DNA from: a virus
Lineage: Duplodnaviria; Caudoviricetes
Virus record (IMG/VR): IMGVR_UViG_3300017766_000361
Location: 1-55,454 of that record
Reading direction: 5' to 3' (one strand)
Length of the DNA stretch: 55,454 nucleotides
Of the stretch, positions 36,703-47,384 are shown one piece after another (position 1 is the stretch's first letter; the number at the start of each line of letters is the position of its first letter). A program made the translations under genes and the position numbers. Below the pieces are notes generated by a model. It was given only the letters and a program-made list of their open reading frames with translations. It was not told where the DNA came from and did not search any database.

Positions 36703-36880
36703 ATGGCTCTTCCCGTTTGAGTTCATGAAAGTTGGCGACAGTTTCTTCGTGCCAACGCTCAAACCGGCAGAGATGCACTACGTTATAGACTCGCGCTCCA
36801 AGGCAGCAGGTATACGGGTCAAATCGTATACCTCGTCCAAGGATGGACACCTTGGAGTGCGCGTGTGGCGGGTGCGTTAG
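36686..36880 (+). CDS. Small conserved putative DNA-binding protein
   Basis: PF..M.VGDSFFVP...GVRVWR motif. Confidence 0.7.
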   Translation: MIKEPEWLFPFEFMKVGDSFFVPTLKPAEMHYVIDSRSKAAGIRVKSYTSSKDGHLGVRVWRVR

Positions 36881-39800
36881 GGTTCTAGTCCGTACTGCTC
36901 AAACGTATCGATGATGCTACGCATCGTCATATCACGTATCCGCTCAAGGTCACGCAGTCGTTCTTGCCGCTCCTTGGGCGACAAGTCTGAAGCCTTGACC
37001 TTGTTCATCTCTTCTCGGACACGCTTCAACTGCTGATTCTTCAACTTGTTGTAGATATACACAAGCGCAGGATCGTTCGGGTTTGACTTTACGTACCGCT
37101 GCATCAGTTCAGGTCTGTCTTTGACCGTACGCAGCCGCTGCTCTTTCTCTTGGATGCGTCTCTCAACTTCAGCAAACTCACGGGCGTCTATGCTCGACTT
37201 CCTGCCGAAGAAACTATCCGCGATAATAAAGTCTCGCTTGGGATCAAATTCTTTCTGCCCAAACAGCGTGAAGAACATGCCATGACCGTTGTGGATTATG
37301 CGGCTCAAGCCATCAACGTAGTTGTTGGCAAAGAAGTACATTGTGTTGGGCGAGACATCGACTTGTGCGTTGCTCACTTCAAACAATTTACGGGCTGCTT
37401 GGTTGTACAACTCTGGCACGTGCCTACCGCCCGTGAACGCATCGCCATACCGACTCATGCGATTGTTGTATATCTCACGACCATACGTGTCTACGTTCAT
37501 GGTGTACTCAAGGAACGGACGCGCAAGGCTAGGAGCAAGTGAGTCAAGCATCCATGCTGGGAGATTGTTGAACGGATAGAACCGTGCAACTGGCAGTGGG
37601 AGAAACGAGTCAAGTGCGATAGTGATAGCGTTAGCGGCAAGGTCTGAAAGTGACGAACGTCCGATGGCCGTGCCAGCAACCTGCGATCCCATGGCTAAAA
37701 ATGAACCAAGGCCAAAGCCCCAAGGCAACTGTAAAAAAGTATTTTCTGGCATATATTTTGAGGGAATACCTAGCCAGTCAAGCGGCAAACGAAGGTTGCG
37801 TGTCCATAGCGACATATCTTCCGTGGCTACTTCATTTCGACCAAGTTCGTCATCTTCAGCGGCTACAAAAGCCATGAGATACAGCGTAGCCCCCGCTCCA
37901 AGTAGGCTAAGCGTCATTGCTTGAACGTTCTTTTTATCTCGCATGAAGTTGGCTCGAAAACGAGCAACTGCTGCAGGGTCTTTCCGAATTGACTCTGGCA
38001 GACGATCTACCACTGTCTGCACGTCCTGAAGCAACGGAGCCAATGCGTCAATCGCACGAACAGCACCCGTCGCAGCAGGCCGGAAGAACATGTACAACGC
38101 ACCGGCTTGGCGCCCCCACTCACCAACCTGTTCAAAGTTGGCGAGGTTCTTGGCGTACGCCGCCGCTTCCTGTCTCGCCGCTTTTTCTGACATCCCCCGT
38201 GCCAACGCATTAGCCTTTACGGTTTCATAAGTAGCAGCACGGCTCGTCAATTCAAACATGTCTGTCCAGATATCGACCCACTTGTCTACCTTTTCCTTAC
38301 CGCGAACCCATTTGCCACGGTTGATGTCTTTGACAAGTTCGTCAATCTGACCTTGAATGGCTAGACCCTGCACATAGGAGACGCGACCGCCTTCTTGCAG
38401 GTACTCAAGTATGCTGGCAGTGAAGGGGTCTTTCTTGGCAAGTTCTTGTATTTTGCCGACCTCGCCTTCAGCGTACAGTTTTGAAACGGTACCTGCCTTC
38501 TTCATGCCGCCCTCGGCTACGCGAGTGGCAACATGGCCTATAAAAGGTATAGATTTTTCAGGGCCAAGTTCTGCGCCTAACGTAAAGGCGTTGGTCAGTA
38601 CGTCACGGACAAAGTTGTACGGATGGAAGGCCGGGTTGTATCGGGTGTGCGACTGACCGATGCCACTGGTTATCCGGTTAGCCATATCAATGAACGGCGA
38701 CTTCTCACGGTATACACGGCGTATGGACTCAAGTATCCGCTTATCGTTGATCTTGAGAACTTCAACCGACCCATCTGGGTTGTAGTGATAGATCTTGTCG
38801 TCGCCTTTGTATTTCGACAACTCAAGTTGACTTTCACGGTCTTGGAACGGGATTGGTTTGTTCTTCCTGCCGCCATTCAAATTTACGCCATCGATATAGC
38901 CTTGCTCAATCAAGTTCTTGATGGCTTGAGTCACATCTTTACGGCCAGCACGCATCGCAGACTTGGCTCCGTCAACGAGCGTCTGCATGATGACGTTATC
39001 GGCATCGGAGATACGGCCCTCAAACGATTGCGTAGTCTCAGCCAACTCACCACTCAGCCGTCTGCCGGTGTAGTTGTACTCGCTTTCATCTTCCGTCTCA
39101 CCCTGCCCCGGCTTACCCTTGAGCGGGACGTAGTTCTGGAAGTTGTAGAAGTTGACGATGTTCTCAACAGGCTGCGACCAGTAGTTAGCCTGCCTGTCGC
39201 GTTCAATAGTATTGTCTTGAATACGCTTCATAGACGCGGTTATGCGATCAACGAGCGCCTTCTGCGGATCAGTCTCATACGCACTGCGTAACTTCTCCAA
39301 CTCGCTGGGTGTGAACTCACCGGCTACGTTGTATACGCCATCGTTGATATCGTCAGTGTATCTACCGGGTTTAGCACGGGCATCCGTAGATTTGCCCGCC
39401 TTCACATCAATAGACCCCATGCCAACTTTTTTGCCGTTCTTGTATCCGGCAAGACTTTCAACGAAGTCGCGCAGCGTCTTTGCTTGTGCCTTGGACAGAG
39501 CAATATCGGTCTTCAACAAGTTGAAGATCTCACGACGGTGCTCGGCAGCAGTTTTACTTACGCCACCGAACGTAATCAACTTGGTGTTATCAAGCGGTAC
39601 GTTACGCAAGAACTTGATGAGCCTGCGTTCTGGTTCATGTCGAGCAACCATGTAAAGGTTCAAGTCGCTCAAGGCATCCATCAAGTTCAGATTGCGAGCC
39701 TTGGCGTAGGCTTCCACAGCCTCGTGGACATCGTGCATGTCCTTCTGGAAATACTGTGTCATGACATGGAACGCATTGCCAGACGACAGTGAGATGAGGC

Positions 39801-42800
39801 TATACAAGTTGTTGAAGTTCTCTTCGCCAACAATCAATTTGCCCGCTCGAACGAGGATGTCCTGCAACACTTTGAGAGGGCGACGGTCGTTCTGGAACTT
39901 GCGAATCAGCCACTCTGACCCTTCGTGAGTCTTGAGGAACTTGACGGCTCCACGAACGGCGGGTTCCGTAGGATGTTTCTTCTCAAGTTTGCGGCGATAC
40001 TCGGCTTTGATCTTACCTACATCACGCTCTTCTGCAGGAGGCGCGGCCTTGGCAGCAAGCGGAGCAACGTCTACGCCCTTTTGTGGCGGTGACAGTATCT
40101 CTTCAAACGCCCCTGCAGTCTCAAGCAGGTAGTTTCCCTCTCTGGTCTGAATCCGCTCTTTACGGATACGGGCCAACTGCTGCCGTAGCAGATTTCTTTT
40201 TGCTTCAGATATGTTTGGATCGTTGATATCACGCTCAAGTTTGATGACTTTCTCTGCTTGGAACAGGGCTTCGCGGCCCCCAAGCGGATACAGGTCGAAC
40301 ATGTGCATCAACGCTTCTACAAACTGCGTCCAGAAATCCTTGACAGCCTTTGTTGCATACTTCGCCAGATTGGGTGATCGCAACTCAGACAGGTCTTTTT
40401 GGAAAGCATTCTCAGTCATCGCATACGAAACGAACTCGTACACGCTCTCAAACGCATTCGGATACCGCGTCTTGAGTTTCTTGCTAGCCAAACCATATAT
40501 CTTGTTGATATGTTCGGCTGCTTCGCGCTGACTGTCTGACAACGAATTAGGGTCGGTCTCATACTGCCGCAGCACTTTTACAGTGACGGCATGAACCATT
40601 TCGTGCAGCAGGGTCTTTTGCTTTACGCCTTCAGCACGCAGACGGATGACGTTGGTCTTGGGGTCGTATTCAGCAAGGCGGTTCTGCTTACGCATACGCT
40701 CAAAGGCGTCTGCATCGGCCCCGGTATCGCCCTCAAGTTCAAATCCAAGGTCGCTAAGATCAACTTTTCTCAGCGTATCAATTAGAGACTTGGTTACGTC
40801 AATCCTACGCTTGGCAGCGCCGCGCTCAGATACGGCGACAGCAGGACGTTCACCGAACAGACTTGAGGTGCTTTCAGCAGTGGGTATAGATTTTTCAAAA
40901 ATGCTGCGGATCAACTTGGCCCGTTGACCCTTCGTCATCTCCTTCGGCGTTCGTTTGACGCGCTCAACCTGCGGAGCAGGGGCTTCGCCTACAGGGATAG
41001 CGTTGCCAAGTTCTTCGTTCAGCCCATACAAAACATCAAGAATTTTGCTTGCGTCTTTCTGAGCAACAGCGTCTTTGACCTGCTGATCTACGTCGGGCAG
41101 GCTTACATTTGCCTTTGCCAATTCTGTGCTGACAACCGGCCCCATCCCGGCAGTCTGATCTGCCGAGGCAATGCGGCTCTGAGCGCGTTCGCTAGCAACG
41201 GCTTCTCTTTGCTCAAGTTCAGTTTCAGTCTCACCACCGACACGTTCTACTTTAGCGGCACGTTGTGCAGCGCGAAGAGCCTCTTGGTCGGCTAGGTCTT
41301 TTTCAATTTCGCTGAGTCGTTCGTTGAGACGCGCACGCAATTCACCAGTGTTTTTGATTACGTCATCCGCATCGTACTTGTCGATCAGGCTATCAAGTGA
41401 ACGTGCTGCTGTTACCAACGGCGTTTCGTTAGCCGTCAAAAAACGGTTGTATGCCGACTCAATAGTGCGGCCCTTTTGACCTTCTTTGGTAGTAGTTTTC
41501 TGTTCTACAAACGCTTCAGGTATTGGCTTGTTATTTGCGTCAATAATAGGAGGAAGCCCTTCGGCTTCAGGGTTCCGCAAATCATCCAGATAGGACTCAA
41601 GTTCGGGCAGATCCATGCCCAACTTGTCCGCAATGGTCTCAACATCCGCACCTTTACGAAGGTACGAAACGATGTTTTCGATGTCGTTGAAGTACTTTAC
41701 GCCCTCGCCAGCCGGTAGTTTCTGCTTCAGTTGATTGATGCGAGTAAGCAGATTGATGGGCGACTCGGGATCAGCCTCATCGAATCGGGATTGCGTCTGT
41801 TCAAATCGCTGCTGCCAAGTCTCAAGTTTGAGATCACTCAGTGCAGGCTTGACTGGTTCTTCTCGGCTAACAGGTCGCCCAGCAGTTTCATCAACGCTAA
41901 CCACTCCGGTATCTGCAGCCTCTGCAGCAGCGGGTCGTGTGGCTCTTCGTTCTTGTACAAACTGTGCAGCGCCTGTTCCAACTGTTCCAGTGTCAGTTTC
42001 TGCAACACCTGCTGCTGGAGCCGCAATTCTTGTTGGTTCATCAGTTGTACCTCTATCCGGTTCAACGGCAGGAGGCGCAGTTGTAACTTGAGCCGCAGCC
42101 GGTGCAGGGGCAGGTGGGGCCGCAGCAGTCGTAACTTCTTCTGTCCCCTTCGTCAAATCATACTGCTTGGCTTCAGGAATGATGCTACGAATGCCCGTGA
42201 CAGGGTTACGCTCGGTGATAACAGACTCTCTCTTGAGCCGTCCAAGCAACCTGTTAGCGTCCCTCGCCGGAATGCCTGAGCCAATCAATGCACGTTCAAA
42301 CTGCCCCGGTTCGGCCTCCGCCGTAATCGGAGTACCGTCAGGGTTGGTCAGGTTGAAAAGAACGTTACGGGCAGCGTCGAGTTGTTCGCTAATCTTGGCT
42401 TCACGAGTCTCTTTCTTGACACCTTTTTCTGTCTCACGCTCGGCTTCGGCGGCTTCTTTTCTAGCCGCTTCTGCTTTCTGCCGCGCCTCTTCTCGCTCAA
42501 TCTCGCGTGCAAACTGAATCTGCTGCGCTTCTTCAATCTTTTCCTTGTTCTGATAGTACTGCGAGGCACCGCCCAACGGCGAACCCAACAGCACCGCACC
42601 TGCTGCAGCCTCCGTGTATTCGCGCCGCGCTTCACGATCTGTCAGAGACAAACCGGCTTGAGCACGTTCAAGAACGGTCTGAGCAATTTCTTGTGGAAGT
42701 TCAAACGTCGCACCTTTGACAGCGCCAGATACGATTCCCCTACCGCGAGTCAACGTACCATTACGTACGGACTCAAGCAGCGCGTCTTCAGCCTCCTTCG

Positions 42801-43449
42801 CAGCCTTCTTGCCAGACTCACCTAGCAGATTGCGAAGGATCGGGAATTGTCCAAACAACGGTTTGAAGAACTTGATACCCACCGCGTCCAGCGCGGTTTG
42901 TCCAACTGCGGCAGCACCTGCTTTAGCCAGCGAGGTCTCAGATGGGCCTTTTCCACGCTGTACGGCCTGTTCTTGTTCGGAAGCCTGACGAGTCAAGTTA
43001 TCAAGCAAATACTGTGCGCCGAGGGTGCCGTAGCCCAAGACTTTGGCAGCGCCGGGGGCTTTGGTCAGTATTTTACCTGCCGTAGCCGCAGCAGCAGGCG
43101 CGACAAAATAGCCAGCCGATGAGCCAGCCGTTTGCTTGGCCCAATCAACCAACGACGCAAGGTCTTTTACATCCTCAAAACTAGTTTTTTCTTTCTTGGA
43201 TTCTTGCTCCGCAAGGAGTGCTTTACGCGCCGCGTCTTTATCCTGTTCTGCCAGCGCAAACACCGCCGCTTCCGGCGCTTTGGTTAGACCCAGTGCAGAC
43301 TCACGGAAAGACTCAAGGAACCCCGCCTGTTCTTTACGGGTTTCCCCCTGCATGGCTTGATAAGCCTGAGCCAATCTACGAGCCGCCTCAACGTCTCCGG
43401 CTTCATGCGCTCTGCGGAGAGCATTGGCAATCTGTTCAAGCGTAGCCAT
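36877..43449 (-). CDS. Large internal virion / ejection protein with a zincin HExxH motif and an LPD38-like C-terminus
   Basis: 2190 aa; TLLHEMVHA...EF; NF...G, YMFF.PA, LPWGFGLG, PF.E...N....GR.I. Confidence 0.75.
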   Translation of the reverse strand: MATLEQIANALRRAHEAGDVEAARRLAQAYQAMQGETRKEQAGFLESFRESALGLTKAPEAAVFALAEQDKDAARKALLAEQESKKEKTSFEDVKDLASLVDWAKQTAGSSAGYFVAPAAAATAGKILTKAPGAAKVLGYGTLGAQYLLDNLTRQASEQEQAVQRGKGPSETSLAKAGAAAVGQTALDAVGIKFFKPLFGQFPILRNLLGESGKKAAKEAEDALLESVRNGTLTRGRGIVSGAVKGATFELPQEIAQTVLERAQAGLSLTDREARREYTEAAAGAVLLGSPLGGASQYYQNKEKIEEAQQIQFAREIEREEARQKAEAARKEAAEAERETEKGVKKETREAKISEQLDAARNVLFNLTNPDGTPITAEAEPGQFERALIGSGIPARDANRLLGRLKRESVITERNPVTGIRSIIPEAKQYDLTKGTEEVTTAAAPPAPAPAAAQVTTAPPAVEPDRGTTDEPTRIAAPAAGVAETDTGTVGTGAAQFVQERRATRPAAAEAADTGVVSVDETAGRPVSREEPVKPALSDLKLETWQQRFEQTQSRFDEADPESPINLLTRINQLKQKLPAGEGVKYFNDIENIVSYLRKGADVETIADKLGMDLPELESYLDDLRNPEAEGLPPIIDANNKPIPEAFVEQKTTTKEGQKGRTIESAYNRFLTANETPLVTAARSLDSLIDKYDADDVIKNTGELRARLNERLSEIEKDLADQEALRAAQRAAKVERVGGETETELEQREAVASERAQSRIASADQTAGMGPVVSTELAKANVSLPDVDQQVKDAVAQKDASKILDVLYGLNEELGNAIPVGEAPAPQVERVKRTPKEMTKGQRAKLIRSIFEKSIPTAESTSSLFGERPAVAVSERGAAKRRIDVTKSLIDTLRKVDLSDLGFELEGDTGADADAFERMRKQNRLAEYDPKTNVIRLRAEGVKQKTLLHEMVHAVTVKVLRQYETDPNSLSDSQREAAEHINKIYGLASKKLKTRYPNAFESVYEFVSYAMTENAFQKDLSELRSPNLAKYATKAVKDFWTQFVEALMHMFDLYPLGGREALFQAEKVIKLERDINDPNISEAKRNLLRQQLARIRKERIQTREGNYLLETAGAFEEILSPPQKGVDVAPLAAKAAPPAEERDVGKIKAEYRRKLEKKHPTEPAVRGAVKFLKTHEGSEWLIRKFQNDRRPLKVLQDILVRAGKLIVGEENFNNLYSLISLSSGNAFHVMTQYFQKDMHDVHEAVEAYAKARNLNLMDALSDLNLYMVARHEPERRLIKFLRNVPLDNTKLITFGGVSKTAAEHRREIFNLLKTDIALSKAQAKTLRDFVESLAGYKNGKKVGMGSIDVKAGKSTDARAKPGRYTDDINDGVYNVAGEFTPSELEKLRSAYETDPQKALVDRITASMKRIQDNTIERDRQANYWSQPVENIVNFYNFQNYVPLKGKPGQGETEDESEYNYTGRRLSGELAETTQSFEGRISDADNVIMQTLVDGAKSAMRAGRKDVTQAIKNLIEQGYIDGVNLNGGRKNKPIPFQDRESQLELSKYKGDDKIYHYNPDGSVEVLKINDKRILESIRRVYREKSPFIDMANRITSGIGQSHTRYNPAFHPYNFVRDVLTNAFTLGAELGPEKSIPFIGHVATRVAEGGMKKAGTVSKLYAEGEVGKIQELAKKDPFTASILEYLQEGGRVSYVQGLAIQGQIDELVKDINRGKWVRGKEKVDKWVDIWTDMFELTSRAATYETVKANALARGMSEKAARQEAAAYAKNLANFEQVGEWGRQAGALYMFFRPAATGAVRAIDALAPLLQDVQTVVDRLPESIRKDPAAVARFRANFMRDKKNVQAMTLSLLGAGATLYLMAFVAAEDDELGRNEVATEDMSLWTRNLRLPLDWLGIPSKYMPENTFLQLPWGFGLGSFLAMGSQVAGTAIGRSSLSDLAANAITIALDSFLPLPVARFYPFNNLPAWMLDSLAPSLARPFLEYTMNVDTYGREIYNNRMSRYGDAFTGGRHVPELYNQAARKLFEVSNAQVDVSPNTMYFFANNYVDGLSRIIHNGHGMFFTLFGQKEFDPKRDFIIADSFFGRKSSIDAREFAEVERRIQEKEQRLRTVKDRPELMQRYVKSNPNDPALVYIYNKLKNQQLKRVREEMNKVKASDLSPKERQERLRDLERIRDMTMRSIIDTFEQYGLEP

Positions 43450-43452
43450 TAG

Positions 43453-45426
43453 TTACTGGCCGTATTGAGTAAGCAAATCTTGTATGCCGTACGGGTCGTT
43501 TCCGCCCTGCTCCGACCCTACCATGGGGTAATTATAGCCGGGAATTTGACCAGCCCCCGCCTTGAGTGCCGCAGATTGGAATGAACCGCTACCGACTTGA
43601 GTAGCACGTTCACGCTCCCTGTACAGTTCTTCAACTTTAGCCTTGGCCGCAGCGCGAACGTCCGGCGTGTATACTGTTGAATCCGCAATTGCACGATACT
43701 TAAGGATTTCTTTTTCAATGGCTTTATCAAGCCCGCCAAATCGAGCCTCATCTCGCGCAGTATTGGCGGCAATCTCACGATCTGACATTGCCAACTGGAA
43801 CGACTGCGTTTGAGCAAGTGTCTCTTGGGCCGATTGCAGATTAGTAATCTGATCCTGAACTCGGTTGCGTTCAGACTCAAGTTTGTCTACCCGCGCCTCT
43901 GCACCAGCCCCGGCCCGCTCCTTTATGTTTGCAATACCCATATCAATATTCATCATACGGTCTTGCAATTTATCAAGCGTAGCCTGACGCCGTTCTTCAA
44001 ATGTCTCATAGGCTGACAGTCCCGCTGCGCCACCGGCTGCAAGGGCTTGAAAGAACGACCCACGAGTCCCTGCCATGGTGAAACCCATCATAGCCATAGC
44101 CTTGTAGAAGTTCTTATCCTTGATGCCGTCAAGTTCCTTCAAACGGCTCTGCACGTTAGCCTTGGCATCGTCAAACGGCTTCATGATGCCCATGTCGGTA
44201 TAACGCTTCATACGGGCAGCAATCTCTCTGTCAATTGCTGCTTCACGCGCTTCGGGCTTGGATACATCTTCCATACCCTTTAGCCGTCCACGCAAATCAG
44301 ATAACGTCTTAGTCTCTCGTGCTGTGGTAGAAACGCTAGGCAAACGAGGCCCACCAGCCCCCGCAGCAGGTTCTCCCGCCGCAGACTGCGACATAATACG
44401 CGCTAATTCATCTTCTGCCGCAGGACTGGCTCGACCCATCGCGTCACGGTATCTGGCTTCAAAGTCTTTCGCTTCTTTTGAATTGGCACCGTACTCTTTA
44501 ACAAGTCGGCGGTATTCCGTAGCATCAGCCAATTCTTGTGGCGCAAGATTAAGTTGCGGGCCACCACGGTTGATGTCAGCAATGCGCTGCTCAGTACGTT
44601 CTCTAGCACGATCATAAGGACGCCCACGAAGCGCACCATACGCTCCAAACGAAAGATTGCTAGCCAAGTTCTCAAGGTAGCCCAAACCTTGAGCAGTAGC
44701 CTGCCTGCCAAACTTACTTGGATCCATTCCGTATTCTTCGGCAAGAATAGACGGATCAGTCATGCTTCCTTGGTAAGCGGACTCTACCGCCGCAAGCGGT
44801 ACTGCAGCGCGACCGGCTAACTTACCGGCTTTAGAAACAATACCGCTACCGCTGCCACGAAGTTTTGCCAACTCTCCTTTCAACGCTTCTACGCTAGAGA
44901 ATGTTGGGAATGCTTTCTGAATCATTTTCTGAATACGACTTTGTTCAGCCGGGTTACCCGCTGCTCGGTCGTATGCTTCAACCAATTCGTCTACCTGACC
45001 TAACTGCTCACGCATGAACTGACGCTGAGACAACATTTCGCCGCCTTCTTGGAACGCAATCGGGCCACCGCCACGAGCAAGCGAAACGATACCCCCGCCA
45101 TACATTCCGCGAGTCGGCATCTGTTGAGGCGTCTGCGGCTGTTGCATAGCCATAGCCTGCTGGACTTGTTGCTGCACCTGCTGAGCGTTCTGCGCGTTCT
45201 CTTGTACAACGGTTGGAGGAGCCGCGTTTTTGCCCTGCTGCAAAGACTTCAAGCCTTCGCTGGCTTTTTCAAGCCGCATACGTCCAGCCACTGCACCGGC
45301 CAAACCACGGTGACCAAGTGACATAAGGAACGGCACAACCTGTTCTTCAGGGATCTGTTTTTCGTCAAGAAACTGCTTGACCTGACCAACCATAGGGTTG
45401 AGCGGGTTGTAGTTTTTGTCGATCAT
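43453..45426 (-). CDS. Putative internal virion protein
   Basis: 657 aa, helical; xxGG motifs; hydrophobic AMAMMGFTMAG segment. Confidence 0.7.
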   Translation of the reverse strand: MIDKNYNPLNPMVGQVKQFLDEKQIPEEQVVPFLMSLGHRGLAGAVAGRMRLEKASEGLKSLQQGKNAAPPTVVQENAQNAQQVQQQVQQAMAMQQPQTPQQMPTRGMYGGGIVSLARGGGPIAFQEGGEMLSQRQFMREQLGQVDELVEAYDRAAGNPAEQSRIQKMIQKAFPTFSSVEALKGELAKLRGSGSGIVSKAGKLAGRAAVPLAAVESAYQGSMTDPSILAEEYGMDPSKFGRQATAQGLGYLENLASNLSFGAYGALRGRPYDRARERTEQRIADINRGGPQLNLAPQELADATEYRRLVKEYGANSKEAKDFEARYRDAMGRASPAAEDELARIMSQSAAGEPAAGAGGPRLPSVSTTARETKTLSDLRGRLKGMEDVSKPEAREAAIDREIAARMKRYTDMGIMKPFDDAKANVQSRLKELDGIKDKNFYKAMAMMGFTMAGTRGSFFQALAAGGAAGLSAYETFEERRQATLDKLQDRMMNIDMGIANIKERAGAGAEARVDKLESERNRVQDQITNLQSAQETLAQTQSFQLAMSDREIAANTARDEARFGGLDKAIEKEILKYRAIADSTVYTPDVRAAAKAKVEELYRERERATQVGSGSFQSAALKAGAGQIPGYNYPMVGSEQGGNDPYGIQDLLTQYGQ

Positions 45427-45437
45427 GTTCGTTCTCC

Positions 45438-47384
45438 TTAACCTCTACCCGCGCCGTAGAGACCGGCCAATCCAAGTCCTGCGCCAGCGACCTGACTTAG
45501 CATACTAGGTGGCGTTTGATACATGGTCTGAATACCACCAGCCGTGGGCGTACCACGGATAAGGTCAGACATGAAGCCAAGTTGCGTATACGGGTAACGC
45601 TGACGGGCAAGGAAGTCTTCGTACGAAGCCTGAAGTCTCTGCTGCTCCTGCGCCTGCAACTGCTGCCCCGCCGCCGCTTGCGCTTGATTAATTGCAGACT
45701 GCTGACCGAACTGCTGTTGTCCAAGGTTGCCAAGCATACCTGCCGCAGCCAATTGCTGCTGGATACCCTGCAGGCCAAGGTTCTGCCCGAACTGGCGTGA
45801 CTGCTCACCAAACTGCGCCCCAAACTGGCGCTGACCAAGTGCCTGCTGCTGAGCCTGAAGTTGGGCTTGCTGGTTAGCCAACTGGGCCTGTAGACCCTGC
45901 TGCGCCCCCAACTGCTGTACACCAAGTTTGGCAGCAAGATTCTGCTGTCCAGTGGTAAGACCCGCCTGCTGATTCGCCAGAGCCGCCTGCATCCGCGACT
46001 GCTGATTAGCCAACTGGGCCTGTAGACCCTGCTGTGACCCCAACTGCTGAACGCCGAGCCTAGCCTGAAGGTTCTGCTCAGCCGCTCTTTGACGAGCCTG
46101 TTGATTGGCAAGCCCCGCCTGAAGACCCATCTGGCCTCCAGTAATACGAGCCTGCTGGTTAGCCAACTGAGCCTGCAGCCCCTGCTGTGCGCCAAGCCCC
46201 TGCGTCTGCAACGCAGCCTGAAGGTTAGCCTGACCGGTGGTAAGCCCCGCAGCCTGATTGAGCCGCTGAGCCTCCAGACCCTGCTGAGCCATCAACTGTT
46301 GACGAGCCTGAGCCGCAGCCAAGTTCTGCTGACCAACTTGCATTCCAGCAGCCTGATTAGCCAGAGCAGCCTGCAGCCCCTGCTGTGCGCCTAACTGCTG
46401 GACACCGAGCCGTGCGGCAAGGTTCTGCTGTCCGGTGGTAAGCCCTGCCTGCTGGTTAGCCAGCGCAGCCTGCAACGCTTGAGCACGGTCAACGCCATAC
46501 TGCTGCTGAGCCTGCTGAAACGCCTGCTGCGTACCCGTGGCTTGAATGCCCTGCAACTGATTAGCAAGGTTGCGGCGAGATTCTGACTGAAGCAATGCTT
46601 CACGGCTACCACCACGACCACCTGCACGAGCAGCGGCAGCGCCCATACCGGGGATCTGACGGGCCACATCGCGCATCGCCTCGCGCTTCTGGGTCTCCAC
46701 GACATCCTGCATGTAGGGAGACATGTACGGCTGAAGCGAAGAAAGCCCAAACTTCTCAGCCTGCACCTGCTGGGCTGGCCCCATCTGGTACTGCTCAAGG
46801 GCTTGGGTGCCGACTCGCTCGGCTGGCCCCATCTGCAGTCGCTCAAGATCAGACGGTGCCTGCACCTGCTGCGGCCCACCCATCTGAATGTCACGAAGCC
46901 CCGGCGCGGAAACTGAACCGAAGTCGGTTTGAGCCGCAACGCTTTCCGGCCCCTCCATCTGGTACTGCTGCAGATTCTGAGCAGTCACAGCATCGCTCTT
47001 TACTCGCTCGGCTGGCCCCATCTGGTACTGCTGCAAGTTAGGAGCCTGAGCGCCAAGATAACTAACATCCAGCCCTTGATACTGAGCAGGGTCGTATTGC
47101 CCAAGCCTCTGTGCTTGCAACCCAGCAAGCCCCGCCATACCGGTAGCCTGACCCAACTGAGGCGCAGCCTGTTGCTGCTGAATCTGCTGCATAGCCTGCT
47201 GCTGGAGCGGGTTAAGCCCAGCAAACCGCTGCCCGCCGTAAGTCTCGTAAGGTTTACCGTAAACAAGACTTTCTGCCGTACCAAGAGTCTTCTTGGCATA
47301 AGGCATCAACTCAGGTGGGATCGTGACCTGAGTAACTGTTTGACTAGTTGGTTGTGATGAACCGCCACCGCCACCGCTGCTCAT
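45438..47384 (-). CDS. Gln-rich putative DNA pilot / ejection protein
   Basis: 648 aa; YM.PY...V motif; 11-residue repeats; Gly/Ala/Leu-rich C-terminus. Confidence 0.7.
   Translation of the reverse strand: MSSGGGGGSSQPTSQTVTQVTIPPELMPYAKKTLGTAESLVYGKPYETYGGQRFAGLNPLQQQAMQQIQQQQAAPQLGQATGMAGLAGLQAQRLGQYDPAQYQGLDVSYLGAQAPNLQQYQMGPAERVKSDAVTAQNLQQYQMEGPESVAAQTDFGSVSAPGLRDIQMGGPQQVQAPSDLERLQMGPAERVGTQALEQYQMGPAQQVQAEKFGLSSLQPYMSPYMQDVVETQKREAMRDVARQIPGMGAAAARAGGRGGSREALLQSESRRNLANQLQGIQATGTQQAFQQAQQQYGVDRAQALQAALANQQAGLTTGQQNLAARLGVQQLGAQQGLQAALANQAAGMQVGQQNLAAAQARQQLMAQQGLEAQRLNQAAGLTTGQANLQAALQTQGLGAQQGLQAQLANQQARITGGQMGLQAGLANQQARQRAAEQNLQARLGVQQLGSQQGLQAQLANQQSRMQAALANQQAGLTTGQQNLAAKLGVQQLGAQQGLQAQLANQQAQLQAQQQALGQRQFGAQFGEQSRQFGQNLGLQGIQQQLAAAGMLGNLGQQQFGQQSAINQAQAAAGQQLQAQEQQRLQASYEDFLARQRYPYTQLGFMSDLIRGTPTAGGIQTMYQTPPSMLSQVAGAGLGLAGLYGAGRG
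45861..46475 (-). repeat. Coding repeat with a 33-bp unit and 99-bp super-unit (18 hendecads plus one heptad)
   Basis: LQAALANQQAG / LTTGQQNLAAR / LGVQQLGAQQG cycle. Confidence 0.85.
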
